A stretch of DNA of 64,000 nt from a virus (IMGVR_UViG_3300045970_000591:32001-96000); one strand, 5' to 3'; shown: positions 28,671 through 38,446, counted from the stretch's first letter. Notes: generated by a model not told the origin, from the sequence alone. A program made the numbers and translations.

Positions 28671-30122
28671 CTATATTATATTTAATATCCATGTAGACTG
28701 GCCGCAATCCCAGTATCGTCTATACCCTGCCAAGAACATATTTTCAGCTTGAGATTTAGTTGAATCATAAGTTTTTAACCATTTCTGTAGTTGAGCTGTT
28801 TGACTTTTATGCCGCGATATAGGGTAGTTTCCGTCGGTCCAATAAAACCCTGGGGCAATATTTCTCGATAATGTAAATCCGAGTGTTTTATATAGTGCCC
28901 CTGTGAATTTACTCATGTCACAATATGATACTATTATTTTATTATTGAATATATTTTTAATGGCGTTAAATAACTTATGTGCGCCACCTACGACTATATA
29001 ATCTAATCTTGTGCATACTCTTAATAGTTCGATGTCTGCTATTTTAGAAAAACGAGATTTTCCTATGCTCATTAACATGCATAATTCATTATTAAAATAT
29101 AAACCAACGGCATACGACGATGCAATATACCCCTGCAAATGATTTCTATTTAGAAATGATTTTTCTTCTTCTTTGTCAACTTGCTTTAATACGAGTTTTC
29201 TTGCATATACCTTTGTTGAAATACCTACTTTTGTTTTGATTATAGATTTTATAATATCTGTTTTATTTGCCCACTCAAAATCGGTTATTTGTATAAGATT
29301 AATTCCAGTTTTAATAGCTAAATCGGTTTTATATTTGTGTTTATTCTTATCCTCGATTTTCGGTGTATGAGGGCAATAAGGGTTGTGCGAATGCCAATAC
29401 AGGCCATTTAATTCTATTCCCAATCTGTAATCGGAAATATAAATGTCGAGTTCTTTTGATTTTAACACCTCCCAATCACTGTGTATATATGATATGTCTA
29501 TGCTATCTAAAAATGCACAAATTTCTTTTTCTTGTATAGAGTATTGTGTTCTTTGTCGAATTGTGAAATTGTGCTTCCTACAATACTCACCCACAGTGCC
29601 ATAATATACATTTAGGTCCTGTGCAATTTCAGTTAATGATTTTTGTTTATCTATGTATTCTTTGTGCAGCCATTTTTCGTCATTTAATAATATTTCGTTT
29701 TCGGGCGTAAGTTTTGATTTTGATAATGTTTTTCTTACACTGTCTCTTTGCATACTAAAAGGTACACCGAATCGCTGAATCATTGTGTCCTCTCGTTTTT
29801 TATTTATTATATCATTTTCTTCTTTAGTAGTTTTGCTTTTTGTACTAATGACGCCTGCTGATATATTTTCCTTGGTACACTGACACTTATTTGCAGGTCC
29901 ACAACACACCCATCCTTCGGATATTCTATTGAGCGTTTTTTTATTACCGTATTTACAAATATTACTTTCGCCGTTTAGCGCAGAGTATATTACTGTAGGA
30001 TAATGAGTTGATTCGATTAACGTATTATTACTTACCCAAGATGACATATCACTTGATTTTTTAATAATCGATGAGTAATGTTTCGGTTTTTCTTTTATAA
30101 TATTTAAAATCTTAGCTCTCAT
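28671..30122 (-). CDS. Hef-like free-standing endonuclease (Vsr/DUF559-like) fused to a C-terminal Mom/GNAT-like domain
   Basis: ELDIYISDYRLGIELNGLYWHS nuclease motif. C-terminal HLQG...ELLR.C...VGG..KL...IVSYCD...G.LY..LGF. HTH-like segment. Start moved to ATG 30122 because the promoter overlaps the ORF-track start. Confidence 0.65.
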   Translation of the reverse strand: MRAKILNIIKEKPKHYSSIIKKSSDMSSWVSNNTLIESTHYPTVIYSALNGESNICKYGNKKTLNRISEGWVCCGPANKCQCTKENISAGVISTKSKTTKEENDIINKKREDTMIQRFGVPFSMQRDSVRKTLSKSKLTPENEILLNDEKWLHKEYIDKQKSLTEIAQDLNVYYGTVGEYCRKHNFTIRQRTQYSIQEKEICAFLDSIDISYIHSDWEVLKSKELDIYISDYRLGIELNGLYWHSHNPYCPHTPKIEDKNKHKYKTDLAIKTGINLIQITDFEWANKTDIIKSIIKTKVGISTKVYARKLVLKQVDKEEEKSFLNRNHLQGYIASSYAVGLYFNNELCMLMSIGKSRFSKIADIELLRVCTRLDYIVVGGAHKLFNAIKNIFNNKIIVSYCDMSKFTGALYKTLGFTLSRNIAPGFYWTDGNYPISRHKSQTAQLQKWLKTYDSTKSQAENMFLAGYRRYWDCGQSTWILNII

Positions 30123-30144
30123 ATAACCTTTGATGTTACAGCTT

Positions 30145-30173
30145 ATTATACCGTATTTATGACCTCTAATCAA
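30145..30173 (-). promoter_or_regulatory. sigma70-type promoter with embedded TAAATA for the Hef-like gene
   Basis: TTGATT-17 nt-TATAAT on the minus strand; the spacer contains CATAAATA. Confidence 0.6.
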
Positions 30174-30222
30174 GAATCCTAATATTTAAAATGAAGATAA
30201 ATAAAGTAATCGGAGTTAATAA

Positions 30223-32568
30223 ATGGTAATCAAAGTCAGCACACTGCTAAAAAGCACTACATCACTATCAGCTGATCCAGCACCCAAACTATTTGCGCCA
30301 TTAGACACAAATAACTTTGCTATTGCAAACGGTGTAAATCCTGTAACAATATCATCAAATAAATATCCAACAACACAAGGCAGTAACGGACAAGTTTTAA
30401 CGACAGACGGCACAGGCAACCTATCTTGGGGTGCAGGTGGCGGAAGTGGCTATAGTGGCTATAGCGGATTTAGAGGCTTATCTGGATATTCGGGATTAAA
30501 TGGTACCTCTGTTGCATTAAAAGGATCTGTTGCAAACTTTGCAGCACTGCCGTTGGTTGCTACCGCAGGTGATTTATGGGTTACATTGGATACAGGTCAC
30601 GGTTGGGTGTCGGACGGTGCAAACGGCTGGTCAGATGTGGGGCAGATTCAAGGACCAACTGGTATAACAGGCACAAGCGGATATTCAGGTACAAGTGGAT
30701 ATAGCGGTACTAATGGTGCATTTGGTTTCAGTGGATTCAGCGGTACGTCGGGTTATAGTGGCTTTAGCGGTACATCTGGTTTAGATGGAACAAGTGGCTA
30801 CAGCGGTGTAAGTGGTTACAGCGGCATTGACGGTGCAGTGGGCACAAGTGGCTACAGCGGGTGGTCAGGTATTAGCGGCGCAAGCGGTTATAGTGGTGTA
30901 AGTGGTTCAAATGGAACTAATGGAACATCCGGTGTAAGTGGATATAGCGGCATCAGTGGAACAAATGGCTACAGTGGCGCAACAGGAACAAGTGGCTATA
31001 GTGGCGCAACAGGAACAAGCGGTTTCAGTGGTTATAGTGGTGCCGGTGCGGTATTAGGCACAGACATTCAGCGTTGCGGTTTCTTAAATCAGACAGAAAC
31101 AACTATTGCCTTCGATGGTACTAATACATTTACGTTAGGTGATGCAGGATCTGGTTGGTCATATTACCTAAACGGTACAAAATACACTGTTTCGGGTGCT
31201 AAGACTGTCACTTTAAGTGCCACACCTCCCGCTGCAAAAGCAGTTTATTTTATTAGTATTTCAAATAACACAACAGGTACATTAAGTGTTTCGACTACTG
31301 CCTGGGATTTAACTGATCCACTCACAATACCTGTTGCAATAGTTAACTGGGATAATTCACTAACTCCTAAGTTTTGGTTAGCAGATGAGCGCCACTCAAC
31401 TAAGATTGATCGTAGGGTGCATTATTACCTACACTCAACACAAGGTACAAAAGTACAGACAAGTGGTGCTATAGCAGGATATACTGTTTCACCAGCAGTT
31501 CCTACTAATGTAAACAATACATTCTCTATAGGCGCAACAGTAATCGAAGACGAAGATATTATTCTAAGTCTTGCAGCATTAGCAGACCCGAACGGCACTG
31601 CAACAGATTATGTAAATCTATATAGAACAGCAGCATCAACCTATGCATGGGCAGTATCTGCATTACCATATCCGTCATCTGCTACATTTATTCAATATGA
31701 TAATGCTGGCACACTAACAACAGGCGTTACAGGTAGATTCTATAACTCATATCTATTATATACTGACTACGAAGGTGCAGGACGTTACTTAATGGTGCCC
31801 GGTAGAGCCCAGTTTACAACTTTAGCCCTTGCACAAGCAGAGAGCCCATCAACATTTGATTGGACAGGTATTGGCATCTCTGAGTTTGTAATAGCCTACC
31901 AATTCACATGGTTTACTGATGTTGCATATACAACAACAGGTAGGGCTAGATTAGCAGCGACACCAGTTAAAGTAAATATATCAACAGTAAGCGCAACTGC
32001 ATTGGTAACTGCACCACATAATACCTTAACTGGTTTACAAGGTGGTTTAGTTAGTGAGTATTTCCACTTAACTTCTGCAGAATACACCGCACTTCAACTA
32101 ACAGGTGGGTCAGGGTTCAGTGGATATAGTGGGATAAGTGGTTATAGCGGAGTGTCGGGATACAGCGGGGTCGGTACAAGTGGCTACTCGGGCACAAATG
32201 GATCACAAGGAACAAGTGGTTATAGTGGCATACCGGCAGCAAGAGCGCCGGTAACCATCGGCTACTCAACAACTATAACACCGAGTGCCACAGGCTCGTT
32301 TGCTATCTTTAGAATTGTTGCGACAGGAGATTTAACTATAAACATTCCTACCGGTGGCACAGACGGGGGTGAGATAGAAGTATGGGTTACGGCTTCTGGC
32401 GTGCCAATAAATCTAAGTTTCCAAGCAGGTATCATCGTCCCAACAACAAGTTCCTTTACATCACCCTACGCAATGGCTATTGGTAAGAAAGCAAAGATAT
32501 TGTTGCAGTATGATGCGGTATTAAACAGTGGCCAATGGGAACTAACATCATTTATATATGGATATTAA
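30223..32568 (+). CDS. Tail/head fibre protein with Gly-X-Ser (SGYSG) repeats
   Basis: GQVLTTDGTGNLSW fibre motif, three G-X-S blocks, and a ~330-aa domain duplicated in the 42687 gene. TAAATA at 30198-30203. Confidence 0.75.
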   Translation: MVIKVSTLLKSTTSLSADPAPKLFAPLDTNNFAIANGVNPVTISSNKYPTTQGSNGQVLTTDGTGNLSWGAGGGSGYSGYSGFRGLSGYSGLNGTSVALKGSVANFAALPLVATAGDLWVTLDTGHGWVSDGANGWSDVGQIQGPTGITGTSGYSGTSGYSGTNGAFGFSGFSGTSGYSGFSGTSGLDGTSGYSGVSGYSGIDGAVGTSGYSGWSGISGASGYSGVSGSNGTNGTSGVSGYSGISGTNGYSGATGTSGYSGATGTSGFSGYSGAGAVLGTDIQRCGFLNQTETTIAFDGTNTFTLGDAGSGWSYYLNGTKYTVSGAKTVTLSATPPAAKAVYFISISNNTTGTLSVSTTAWDLTDPLTIPVAIVNWDNSLTPKFWLADERHSTKIDRRVHYYLHSTQGTKVQTSGAIAGYTVSPAVPTNVNNTFSIGATVIEDEDIILSLAALADPNGTATDYVNLYRTAASTYAWAVSALPYPSSATFIQYDNAGTLTTGVTGRFYNSYLLYTDYEGAGRYLMVPGRAQFTTLALAQAESPSTFDWTGIGISEFVIAYQFTWFTDVAYTTTGRARLAATPVKVNISTVSATALVTAPHNTLTGLQGGLVSEYFHLTSAEYTALQLTGGSGFSGYSGISGYSGVSGYSGVGTSGYSGTNGSQGTSGYSGIPAARAPVTIGYSTTITPSATGSFAIFRIVATGDLTINIPTGGTDGGEIEVWVTASGVPINLSFQAGIIVPTTSSFTSPYAMAIGKKAKILLQYDAVLNSGQWELTSFIYGY
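30661..31041 (+). repeat. 9-nt-period coding repeat (AGTGGNNNN; Ser-Gly-X)
   Basis: Gly at every third residue, nearly always preceded by Ser. Boundaries approximate. Confidence 0.9.
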
Positions 32569-32570
32569 AT

Positions 32571-33146
32571 ATGACAATTCAGACACCTAATATTCCGAGA
32601 GTGGTTTTATGCACACAAGGCAGGTGTGGTTCTTCGATGATGATGCGTGTATTAGAGGCAGGCGGGCTGACAGTTGATCATTCCCCTGAGATTCCCGAGG
32701 CGATGATTATGTTTAGAAATCCGGGAGGTATGTATGAAAATCGTGTTGCTGTTTTGGATAAAATATTTCTCAACTCTTTTAAACTACCGAATGCAGGCCA
32801 CTTAATAAATGTACCCGATGACTATAGAAGGATTTATATTGGTAGGCCTCTGAGTAAGATTTTAGCATCTTGGAATGATGTGGCAACTCGTGGTGCAGAA
32901 CAAGGTCGGAATATGGCTGGGTGGGCTGACACTTCTTGTCAAATGGCTATTGATAGAAATGAAAAATGGACGAAACTTCTTTCCGTATCAACGGGGTTCC
33001 TTATCCTTGACTATGACACGGTAGTTGCAAATCCGGCAGCAATGGCGCGATCTGTTGCAGATCACATAAACACACCTATCTTTTCATTCAACGAAGCGAA
33101 TGCAATCGCAGTTGTTGATCGAAGTTTATATTTGGAGAGAATATAA
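32571..33146 (+). CDS. Sulfotransferase-fold protein
   Basis: TQGRCGSSMMM resembles the 5'-phosphosulfate-binding loop; IGRPLSKILASW the 3'-phosphate R-x7-S motif; L.LDYD.VV.NP the C-terminal motif. Start ATG 32571. Confidence 0.7.
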   Translation: MTIQTPNIPRVVLCTQGRCGSSMMMRVLEAGGLTVDHSPEIPEAMIMFRNPGGMYENRVAVLDKIFLNSFKLPNAGHLINVPDDYRRIYIGRPLSKILASWNDVATRGAEQGRNMAGWADTSCQMAIDRNEKWTKLLSVSTGFLILDYDTVVANPAAMARSVADHINTPIFSFNEANAIAVVDRSLYLERI

Positions 33147-34117
33147 TGCCATACGTATATTTTGGTGAGTATCCTAGTGCAGTTACTGATGGTAACTGGA
33201 ATACCGTTGGTAACTGGTATTCAGTTAGAGGATTTTATCCATCAAAAGGAACCCCTGTGCCCGGCGTCCTGCTCGGAAGATTGCCACTAACTACCGAATC
33301 TGTAGTCATTAATTCAAACTTATCTACTGGACCAGTATCGGGTAGTTGGACAGGGACTGGCCCGATCTTAACCGATACAGCAACATTATCGGCTGCAATG
33401 ACATTTTCTAACATGGTTGTTCTTCAAAATTCTTCATGTATTACAACAGGCACATTTAATGGCGAGGTTTTCGTGCAAGGTGGCTCATCCTTTATATCCG
33501 GTGGTATATTCAACGGCCCGGTGGTGGGTCATGCTTCGTATATATCGGGTGGGACATTTAATGCTACTACTGCCAGTGGTATAAACTCGCAGGATATAAC
33601 TATATATTTTAATCTTTCAGGTGGGACATTTAATGCTGCTATATCACTGAATTTATATTTAGGTTCGACTCTTTCGGGAGGGACATTTAATGCACCACTA
33701 ACTATACTACTCTCTTCTATCAATATTACTGGTGTGACTTTTAATAATCCGGTGATAATACATGGGCCCTCGGCGCCGGCGCCACCGGCAATACTATCAG
33801 CCGTAACCAACTGCACATTTAATAATACACTCAGCATAAATATTGCTGATTATTCAACTATTATTCAATATTACAGGGATTCTGGATGCACTTATAACGG
33901 TACGATTACAATCATGCGTAATTCCATATCGTTGATTTACTTTTCTCCAACCAGTCGTTATAATCCGATTGCAACAAGAACATTAAGTTGGTCAGGAAAT
34001 CAGCCAGTAATAACATCATCGATTATTGATCCGGGCTTTGCTATTAGCGGTGGAACATTCTCACCAACTTACACCAATGTTGGTTTTTCTGATGCATTAG
34101 GAAGTGGAATGTTATGA
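33146..34117 (+). CDS. Putative beta-helix adhesin/virion protein with GGTFN repeats
   Basis: NWNTVGNW start resembles autotransporter passenger openings. About seven xGGTFN / xxTFNN motifs at ~16-24 aa spacing. Confidence 0.5.
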   Translation: MPYVYFGEYPSAVTDGNWNTVGNWYSVRGFYPSKGTPVPGVLLGRLPLTTESVVINSNLSTGPVSGSWTGTGPILTDTATLSAAMTFSNMVVLQNSSCITTGTFNGEVFVQGGSSFISGGIFNGPVVGHASYISGGTFNATTASGINSQDITIYFNLSGGTFNAAISLNLYLGSTLSGGTFNAPLTILLSSINITGVTFNNPVIIHGPSAPAPPAILSAVTNCTFNNTLSINIADYSTIIQYYRDSGCTYNGTITIMRNSISLIYFSPTSRYNPIATRTLSWSGNQPVITSSIIDPGFAISGGTFSPTYTNVGFSDALGSGML

Positions 34118-34236
34118 TTGGTAAAGCAGGAGCAACGGGATGTGGTGGCGGTGGTGGTGGTGGATGCCTTACCGGCGGTGTAGGTGGATCTGGTGGCCGC
34201 GGTGGCAACGGTATAGCAATATTGACTTCTTGGTAA
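34114..34236 (+). CDS. 40-aa Gly-rich mini-ORF, probable remnant of a glycine-rich fibre domain
   Basis: MIGKAGATGCGGGGGGGCLTGGVGGSGGRGGNGIAILTSW; ATGA overlap with the upstream stop. Confidence 0.4.
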   Translation: MIGKAGATGCGGGGGGGCLTGGVGGSGGRGGNGIAILTSW

Positions 34237-34247
34237 TAAGGAAAAAT

Positions 34248-34868
34248 ATGAAAGCATTATGGTATAAAATATTTGATTGGGTTGTAACTCGTATAGGAAA
34301 CACAACTTGGAAGTTTAAGAATGGTTTAACGCAAGAAGAAAAGGATATTATTCGTGCTAAACTTGTGCCTAACTATTACATTATACTTACAAGAAGTAAC
34401 AATCATTTAGCAACATTTTTCATAGGACTTGCAACATTTGCACTGTCTTGGAAGTGGGGATTCTGGCCGCATGTTTTAATGAATCTTGAAGACGAGTTAA
34501 AGACAGATACTGATTTTAGATTAGTTGAAGCTACGAAGAAAGGTATACATTATTCAACCTTTGACGAAGTGTTTACCACAAACAGTGTAGCATTACTTAA
34601 ACCTAAGTCCATGACTGTAGAACATTGGACAGAGGTAATGGATAAGGCAAAGACTGAGTTAGGCAAACCATATGACACACTATTTGATCTCAAGAATGAT
34701 AATGCATTAAGTTGTGTAGAGTTGGTTAGAACAGCATTAATGGCTGAACCACACTATGCAGAAGACTTTGCTAACTTCGAAGCAATGATTGCTCATAATA
34801 AAAATCTAACACCAGATATGTTTTATAGCTGCCCGGACTTTGAAGTGGTGTTTGAAATCAGACGATAG
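34248..34868 (+). CDS. Permuted papain-like amidase (YaeF/YiiX, NlpC/P60 superfamily)
   Basis: His (WPHVL) precedes VEA and ELGKPYD..F......SCVELV Cys. Start ATG 34248 after AAGGA; the ORF-track N-terminus MWWRW is spurious. Confidence 0.8.
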   Translation: MKALWYKIFDWVVTRIGNTTWKFKNGLTQEEKDIIRAKLVPNYYIILTRSNNHLATFFIGLATFALSWKWGFWPHVLMNLEDELKTDTDFRLVEATKKGIHYSTFDEVFTTNSVALLKPKSMTVEHWTEVMDKAKTELGKPYDTLFDLKNDNALSCVELVRTALMAEPHYAEDFANFEAMIAHNKNLTPDMFYSCPDFEVVFEIRR

Positions 34869-35304
34869 GGTGTTGGCTAAGTATTTGATTAATCTTAGAT
34901 ACTGCTTTTTGATTACAGAAACTTATTTTAGCACCTTGGTGCATTGGTTTCGGCCAATCGCCTAAGTTTATCCAACAATACCCGCAGCTTTCGTGATTTA
35001 GTATAGGTATAAACTCTGATTTTACAACCGACACAAACGAATAATATTTGAAGTGTTTATCTCTGCTTTGGTAAGAGTCAAACGGATATATTTTTTCTAT
35101 ATCAGGTATTTCTCCCATTTCTTCAGACAGTTCACGCAATAATGCTTCTTTAGGCTGTTCGCCTGATTCCATCATTCCGCCCCACAACGACCACTCCATT
35201 GCATGTGTCTTATGTGGTGCTCTTAGATTAAGTAATACGCGATTTGTTTCTGTGGAAATAAAAACTGTACCTACACCTATTTTATCTGTATCATTTGTAT
35301 ACAT
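34858..35304 (-). CDS. Nudix hydrolase
   Basis: GGMMESGEQPKEALLRELSEEMG Nudix box. Confidence 0.9.
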   Translation of the reverse strand: MYTNDTDKIGVGTVFISTETNRVLLNLRAPHKTHAMEWSLWGGMMESGEQPKEALLRELSEEMGEIPDIEKIYPFDSYQSRDKHFKYYSFVSVVKSEFIPILNHESCGYCWINLGDWPKPMHQGAKISFCNQKAVSKINQILSQHPIV

Positions 35305-35592
35305 TTATAACCTGCTCTTCATGTCTTGTATTTTATTTAATATAGTGGCCGCTTTTTCTTTTAGTAGTCTAGTAGATTCATCATCTGAAAAAGTCGCATC
35401 TATTATATTTTGTAAATTCTGTTCTGCATATTCTATAGTAGGTAACCATGTTTGCCGTCTAAATAAACTTTTAGTACCATATAAAATCGTAAATATTCCT
35501 GATATCTTTTTGAATTCGGCGTCTATATCTAACTCAATACCCTTTATTTTAGCCCATATTTCGTCCTGCCCGTCGATTTCGTTTATTTTCAT
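35305..35592 (-). CDS. Small hypothetical protein, paralog of 16010-16276
   Basis: End-to-end alignment by eye with the 16010 ORF. Confidence 0.7.
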   Translation of the reverse strand: MKINEIDGQDEIWAKIKGIELDIDAEFKKISGIFTILYGTKSLFRRQTWLPTIEYAEQNLQNIIDATFSDDESTRLLKEKAATILNKIQDMKSRL

Positions 35593-35593
35593 A

Positions 35594-35788
35594 TCAGCTC
35601 TTGATAGATAATAAAACTGATGTTACCTCGGGACTAACCGGTGAATTGCCTATTGTATTTTTCATATATATTAGCAACTGATCTAGTTTATTATTTGTGA
35701 GTTTTATATCATTGCTGATGTTGTCCAGATGGTTTATTAAACTTACTTCCGTTTTTAATTCGTTTATTTTATTTTTCATATTAATCAT
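35594..35788 (-). CDS. Small coiled-coil hypothetical protein
   Basis: Fills the gap between gp15 and the 35305 ORF, with an overlapping start/stop. Confidence 0.5.
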   Translation of the reverse strand: MINMKNKINELKTEVSLINHLDNISNDIKLTNNKLDQLLIYMKNTIGNSPVSPEVTSVLLSIKS

Positions 35789-37227
35789 TCGTAAACATCT
35801 ATCGTGCCATCTGCTGTTTTTATAATATTATCGATGCGCCATTTTCCTGGGCCATACTCTCCATAGTATGTATAGGACCATACCTTGTCTTTGAACATAT
35901 ATTGCACACCTGTGGTGTTATTTACCAGATATTGTGTGCCCGTAGAATTTCGTGAATCAAATATAACAACCCACTTTATTCCGTTATATTCTATAACATC
36001 ATTTGGATATACTATCAACCCCACACCCCACGGACTTGTCGATACACCCGGTGGAATAGCAAGGCCATTAGTTGCAGCATTAGCAGATGTTATAAGATAT
36101 CGCTGTCCTGCCACCGCTACAGGAAGGCCAGCACCCGGCATAACTTCAACAGGATCAATAATATCACTTATGGGTAAAATCGTTGTAGCAGGAAGTGAAT
36201 CGACATCGGGTGTAAAAATAAGCACGTTTTTTCTATCTAAATCTTGTGTTATATCGCCTATAACGTCAGAATAGCTAATGTCTATGTTAGGGTCTATTTT
36301 TAGCCGGATTTTGGTTATATTAGTGCTTATTTGCCCGTATGCAGCAATGAGAGTCTGCCAGCTAAGTTCTGGTAAAACTGATCCGTCTGCATTTATTAAT
36401 GTAATCTCGTCCCTGTTATTATTTCTTTCTACACGTATTTTATAGTTGCCCTCTGTAGTAATAATCTGTGTAGGAACAGCATTCATTGATGTTCTAAATG
36501 CATCGTAGTTCCCGTTCATACTTTCTTCAAGTCCGGTGATTTCTATATCACTAAACACATTTGTGACGATCTCAGCAACAAGCGTACTTCTTTTAACTTT
36601 TGCAGGAGGGTTTATCCATACAGGAACTTTAAATCTCCAACTCATTACATCACGTTCAATCTCTCCGCCTTGAGGAATAGATCTATTTGTCCAGGTAGTA
36701 TTATCCATCCATACTTCGAATATACTTGTCCAATCTAATAAGTTATTGTTTTGCTGTAGTTGAATAGATGGGTTAAAAATAGAATCTATTTGTTCTTTTA
36801 TTTGAAACTTAGTTGTTGTGTTTGTTGTCCAGCAGTCTAACTTGAGTATCATTTCATACGGCACAGGCATGTATCTTTCTACATCATATCTTATGCCGGG
36901 TTGATTGGTGTATTGCCCTGTCATATGATCAACTGCTCTCTCCATAGTAGATACCTTTCCTACAAACTGAGAATCTTGCCTGCGGGTTGGATCCATATTT
37001 ATTGCCTCTATATACGCACTAAACATAGGTGACGGCATTAGTGTATTTTCACTTACACCTTTGATGATTTGTGCAACCATAGACGATGGATCGCCGTAAA
37101 CTATAGGCACACGTTTGATTTCGTATGCACCATTTGCATCTGGTCCTGACTTATATTTTATATCAGAGAACATCCGTATAAACTGTACCAGATAACGGCG
37201 GTACTGAGAATCATAGTGAAAATCCAT
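35785..37227 (-). CDS. gp15: Tail sheath terminator gp15-like, with C-terminal extension
   Basis: FHYDSQYRRYLVQF.RMFS, RVPIVYGD, P.PY.....L.C.......Q..EQI...FNP. Confidence 0.8.
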   Translation of the reverse strand: MDFHYDSQYRRYLVQFIRMFSDIKYKSGPDANGAYEIKRVPIVYGDPSSMVAQIIKGVSENTLMPSPMFSAYIEAINMDPTRRQDSQFVGKVSTMERAVDHMTGQYTNQPGIRYDVERYMPVPYEMILKLDCWTTNTTTKFQIKEQIDSIFNPSIQLQQNNNLLDWTSIFEVWMDNTTWTNRSIPQGGEIERDVMSWRFKVPVWINPPAKVKRSTLVAEIVTNVFSDIEITGLEESMNGNYDAFRTSMNAVPTQIITTEGNYKIRVERNNNRDEITLINADGSVLPELSWQTLIAAYGQISTNITKIRLKIDPNIDISYSDVIGDITQDLDRKNVLIFTPDVDSLPATTILPISDIIDPVEVMPGAGLPVAVAGQRYLITSANAATNGLAIPPGVSTSPWGVGLIVYPNDVIEYNGIKWVVIFDSRNSTGTQYLVNNTTGVQYMFKDKVWSYTYYGEYGPGKWRIDNIIKTADGTIDVYE

Positions 37228-37231
37228 TGTA

Positions 37232-38446
37232 TTATCCTTTCTTTGCAGCTCTATCGTCTGCTATTTTAGCTCTTGCTGCTTCAGCGGCAGACACTTGTGT
37301 TTTTCTATCAGCGTATAGATCTACCTTCTGACGAACAACCTGCGACAGTGATTGTTTTTCGGGCATAACAGTGCCGTCTTGCAATATTGTATCTTTATTA
37401 TTATCGATAAAAGAATCAAGTACTCTGTTGGTTGCAGTCCAGTGCTTCATAACATTTACTTCTATTAGTTTATATGTATTACCTTGTTTTTGGAATAATC
37501 TCTCCGGTGTATAATCTAATCTTAAATAATAATCACCATCTTGCATAGTTAACGGAAATGATAACCCCGCACCCGCTAATGGTGCACCGTTGGGCGGCAC
37601 ACCATCACCGCTATAATAGTTACTACCTATCACGGGATATCCTTTATCATCTATGTATATGTAGAGATTAGCACTTTCGAAAAACTTAGGATCAAAAAAT
37701 GCATTCTTTTCTGCTTCTGCAACTATGCCGTCTGTTATGCCGATTATTCTACAGAACAAATCTATTGAGTTTGTTATATTAGGATTTATACCTGTTCCTG
37801 GATTACCACTACTGTCAGCGGTATCTGTGAAACCGTCCGGCATAATGCCGATACCCTGTCCTATGCCGCCCGCAGTTTGTCCTGTTCCGGCCTGATCTAT
37901 TATTTCTTTAAACTCCGGTCCTGCTGTCATAAGTTTCACCTTGGTTAGCCAAATATGTGGAAACCACTTTTGTCCATATCCCGCCGCAGCCCACATAGCA
38001 TCCTGCACTACATAATATTTGTTTATCCCTACCGCGTTGTCGAATATAGGAACATCTCTCATGTTTGGAAACTCTAGCACATCGCCCGGTATAAGTTTTC
38101 TACCTATCGCATCTATCATATCATTATAATGAAACTGCACTCGTATTGTATCTGAACTAAGAAATATACCAAACTGCGATAAATCGTAGTTTATATCTTG
38201 TGGAGCATAATGCCCCCTCAACTCAATAACATCTGGGTTATATTTTCGTGCTGTATTTTCTAAGAATAATACATCTTGGATTGATGTAATGGTGGTATCA
38301 ACATTACCGGTTGAGTCTATAGTCGGCCCTTCATATAGGTGTATAAGAATACCTGCTCCACCTATATTAAAGTTTTCTCCAATCGCTCTATCTGTGAAGT
38401 TAAAATCTGCGCCCTTCGCCGCATTCCAGAGAGAAATTTTTGCCAT
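37232..38446 (-). CDS. gp14: Neck/head-closure protein gp14-like
   Basis: LFLENTARKY, DLSQFG.FL..D, PGDVLEFP. Adjacent to gp15. Confidence 0.75.
   Translation of the reverse strand: MAKISLWNAAKGADFNFTDRAIGENFNIGGAGILIHLYEGPTIDSTGNVDTTITSIQDVLFLENTARKYNPDVIELRGHYAPQDINYDLSQFGIFLSSDTIRVQFHYNDMIDAIGRKLIPGDVLEFPNMRDVPIFDNAVGINKYYVVQDAMWAAAGYGQKWFPHIWLTKVKLMTAGPEFKEIIDQAGTGQTAGGIGQGIGIMPDGFTDTADSSGNPGTGINPNITNSIDLFCRIIGITDGIVAEAEKNAFFDPKFFESANLYIYIDDKGYPVIGSNYYSGDGVPPNGAPLAGAGLSFPLTMQDGDYYLRLDYTPERLFQKQGNTYKLIEVNVMKHWTATNRVLDSFIDNNKDTILQDGTVMPEKQSLSQVVRQKVDLYADRKTQVSAAEAARAKIADDRAAKKG

Noticed and set aside
34114-34236. Gly/Cys/Ser-rich peptide as a microcin B17-like precursor
   Set aside because: No leader and no YcaO, dehydrogenase or exporter genes nearby. 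The C-terminus fits a glycine-rich fibre domain better.
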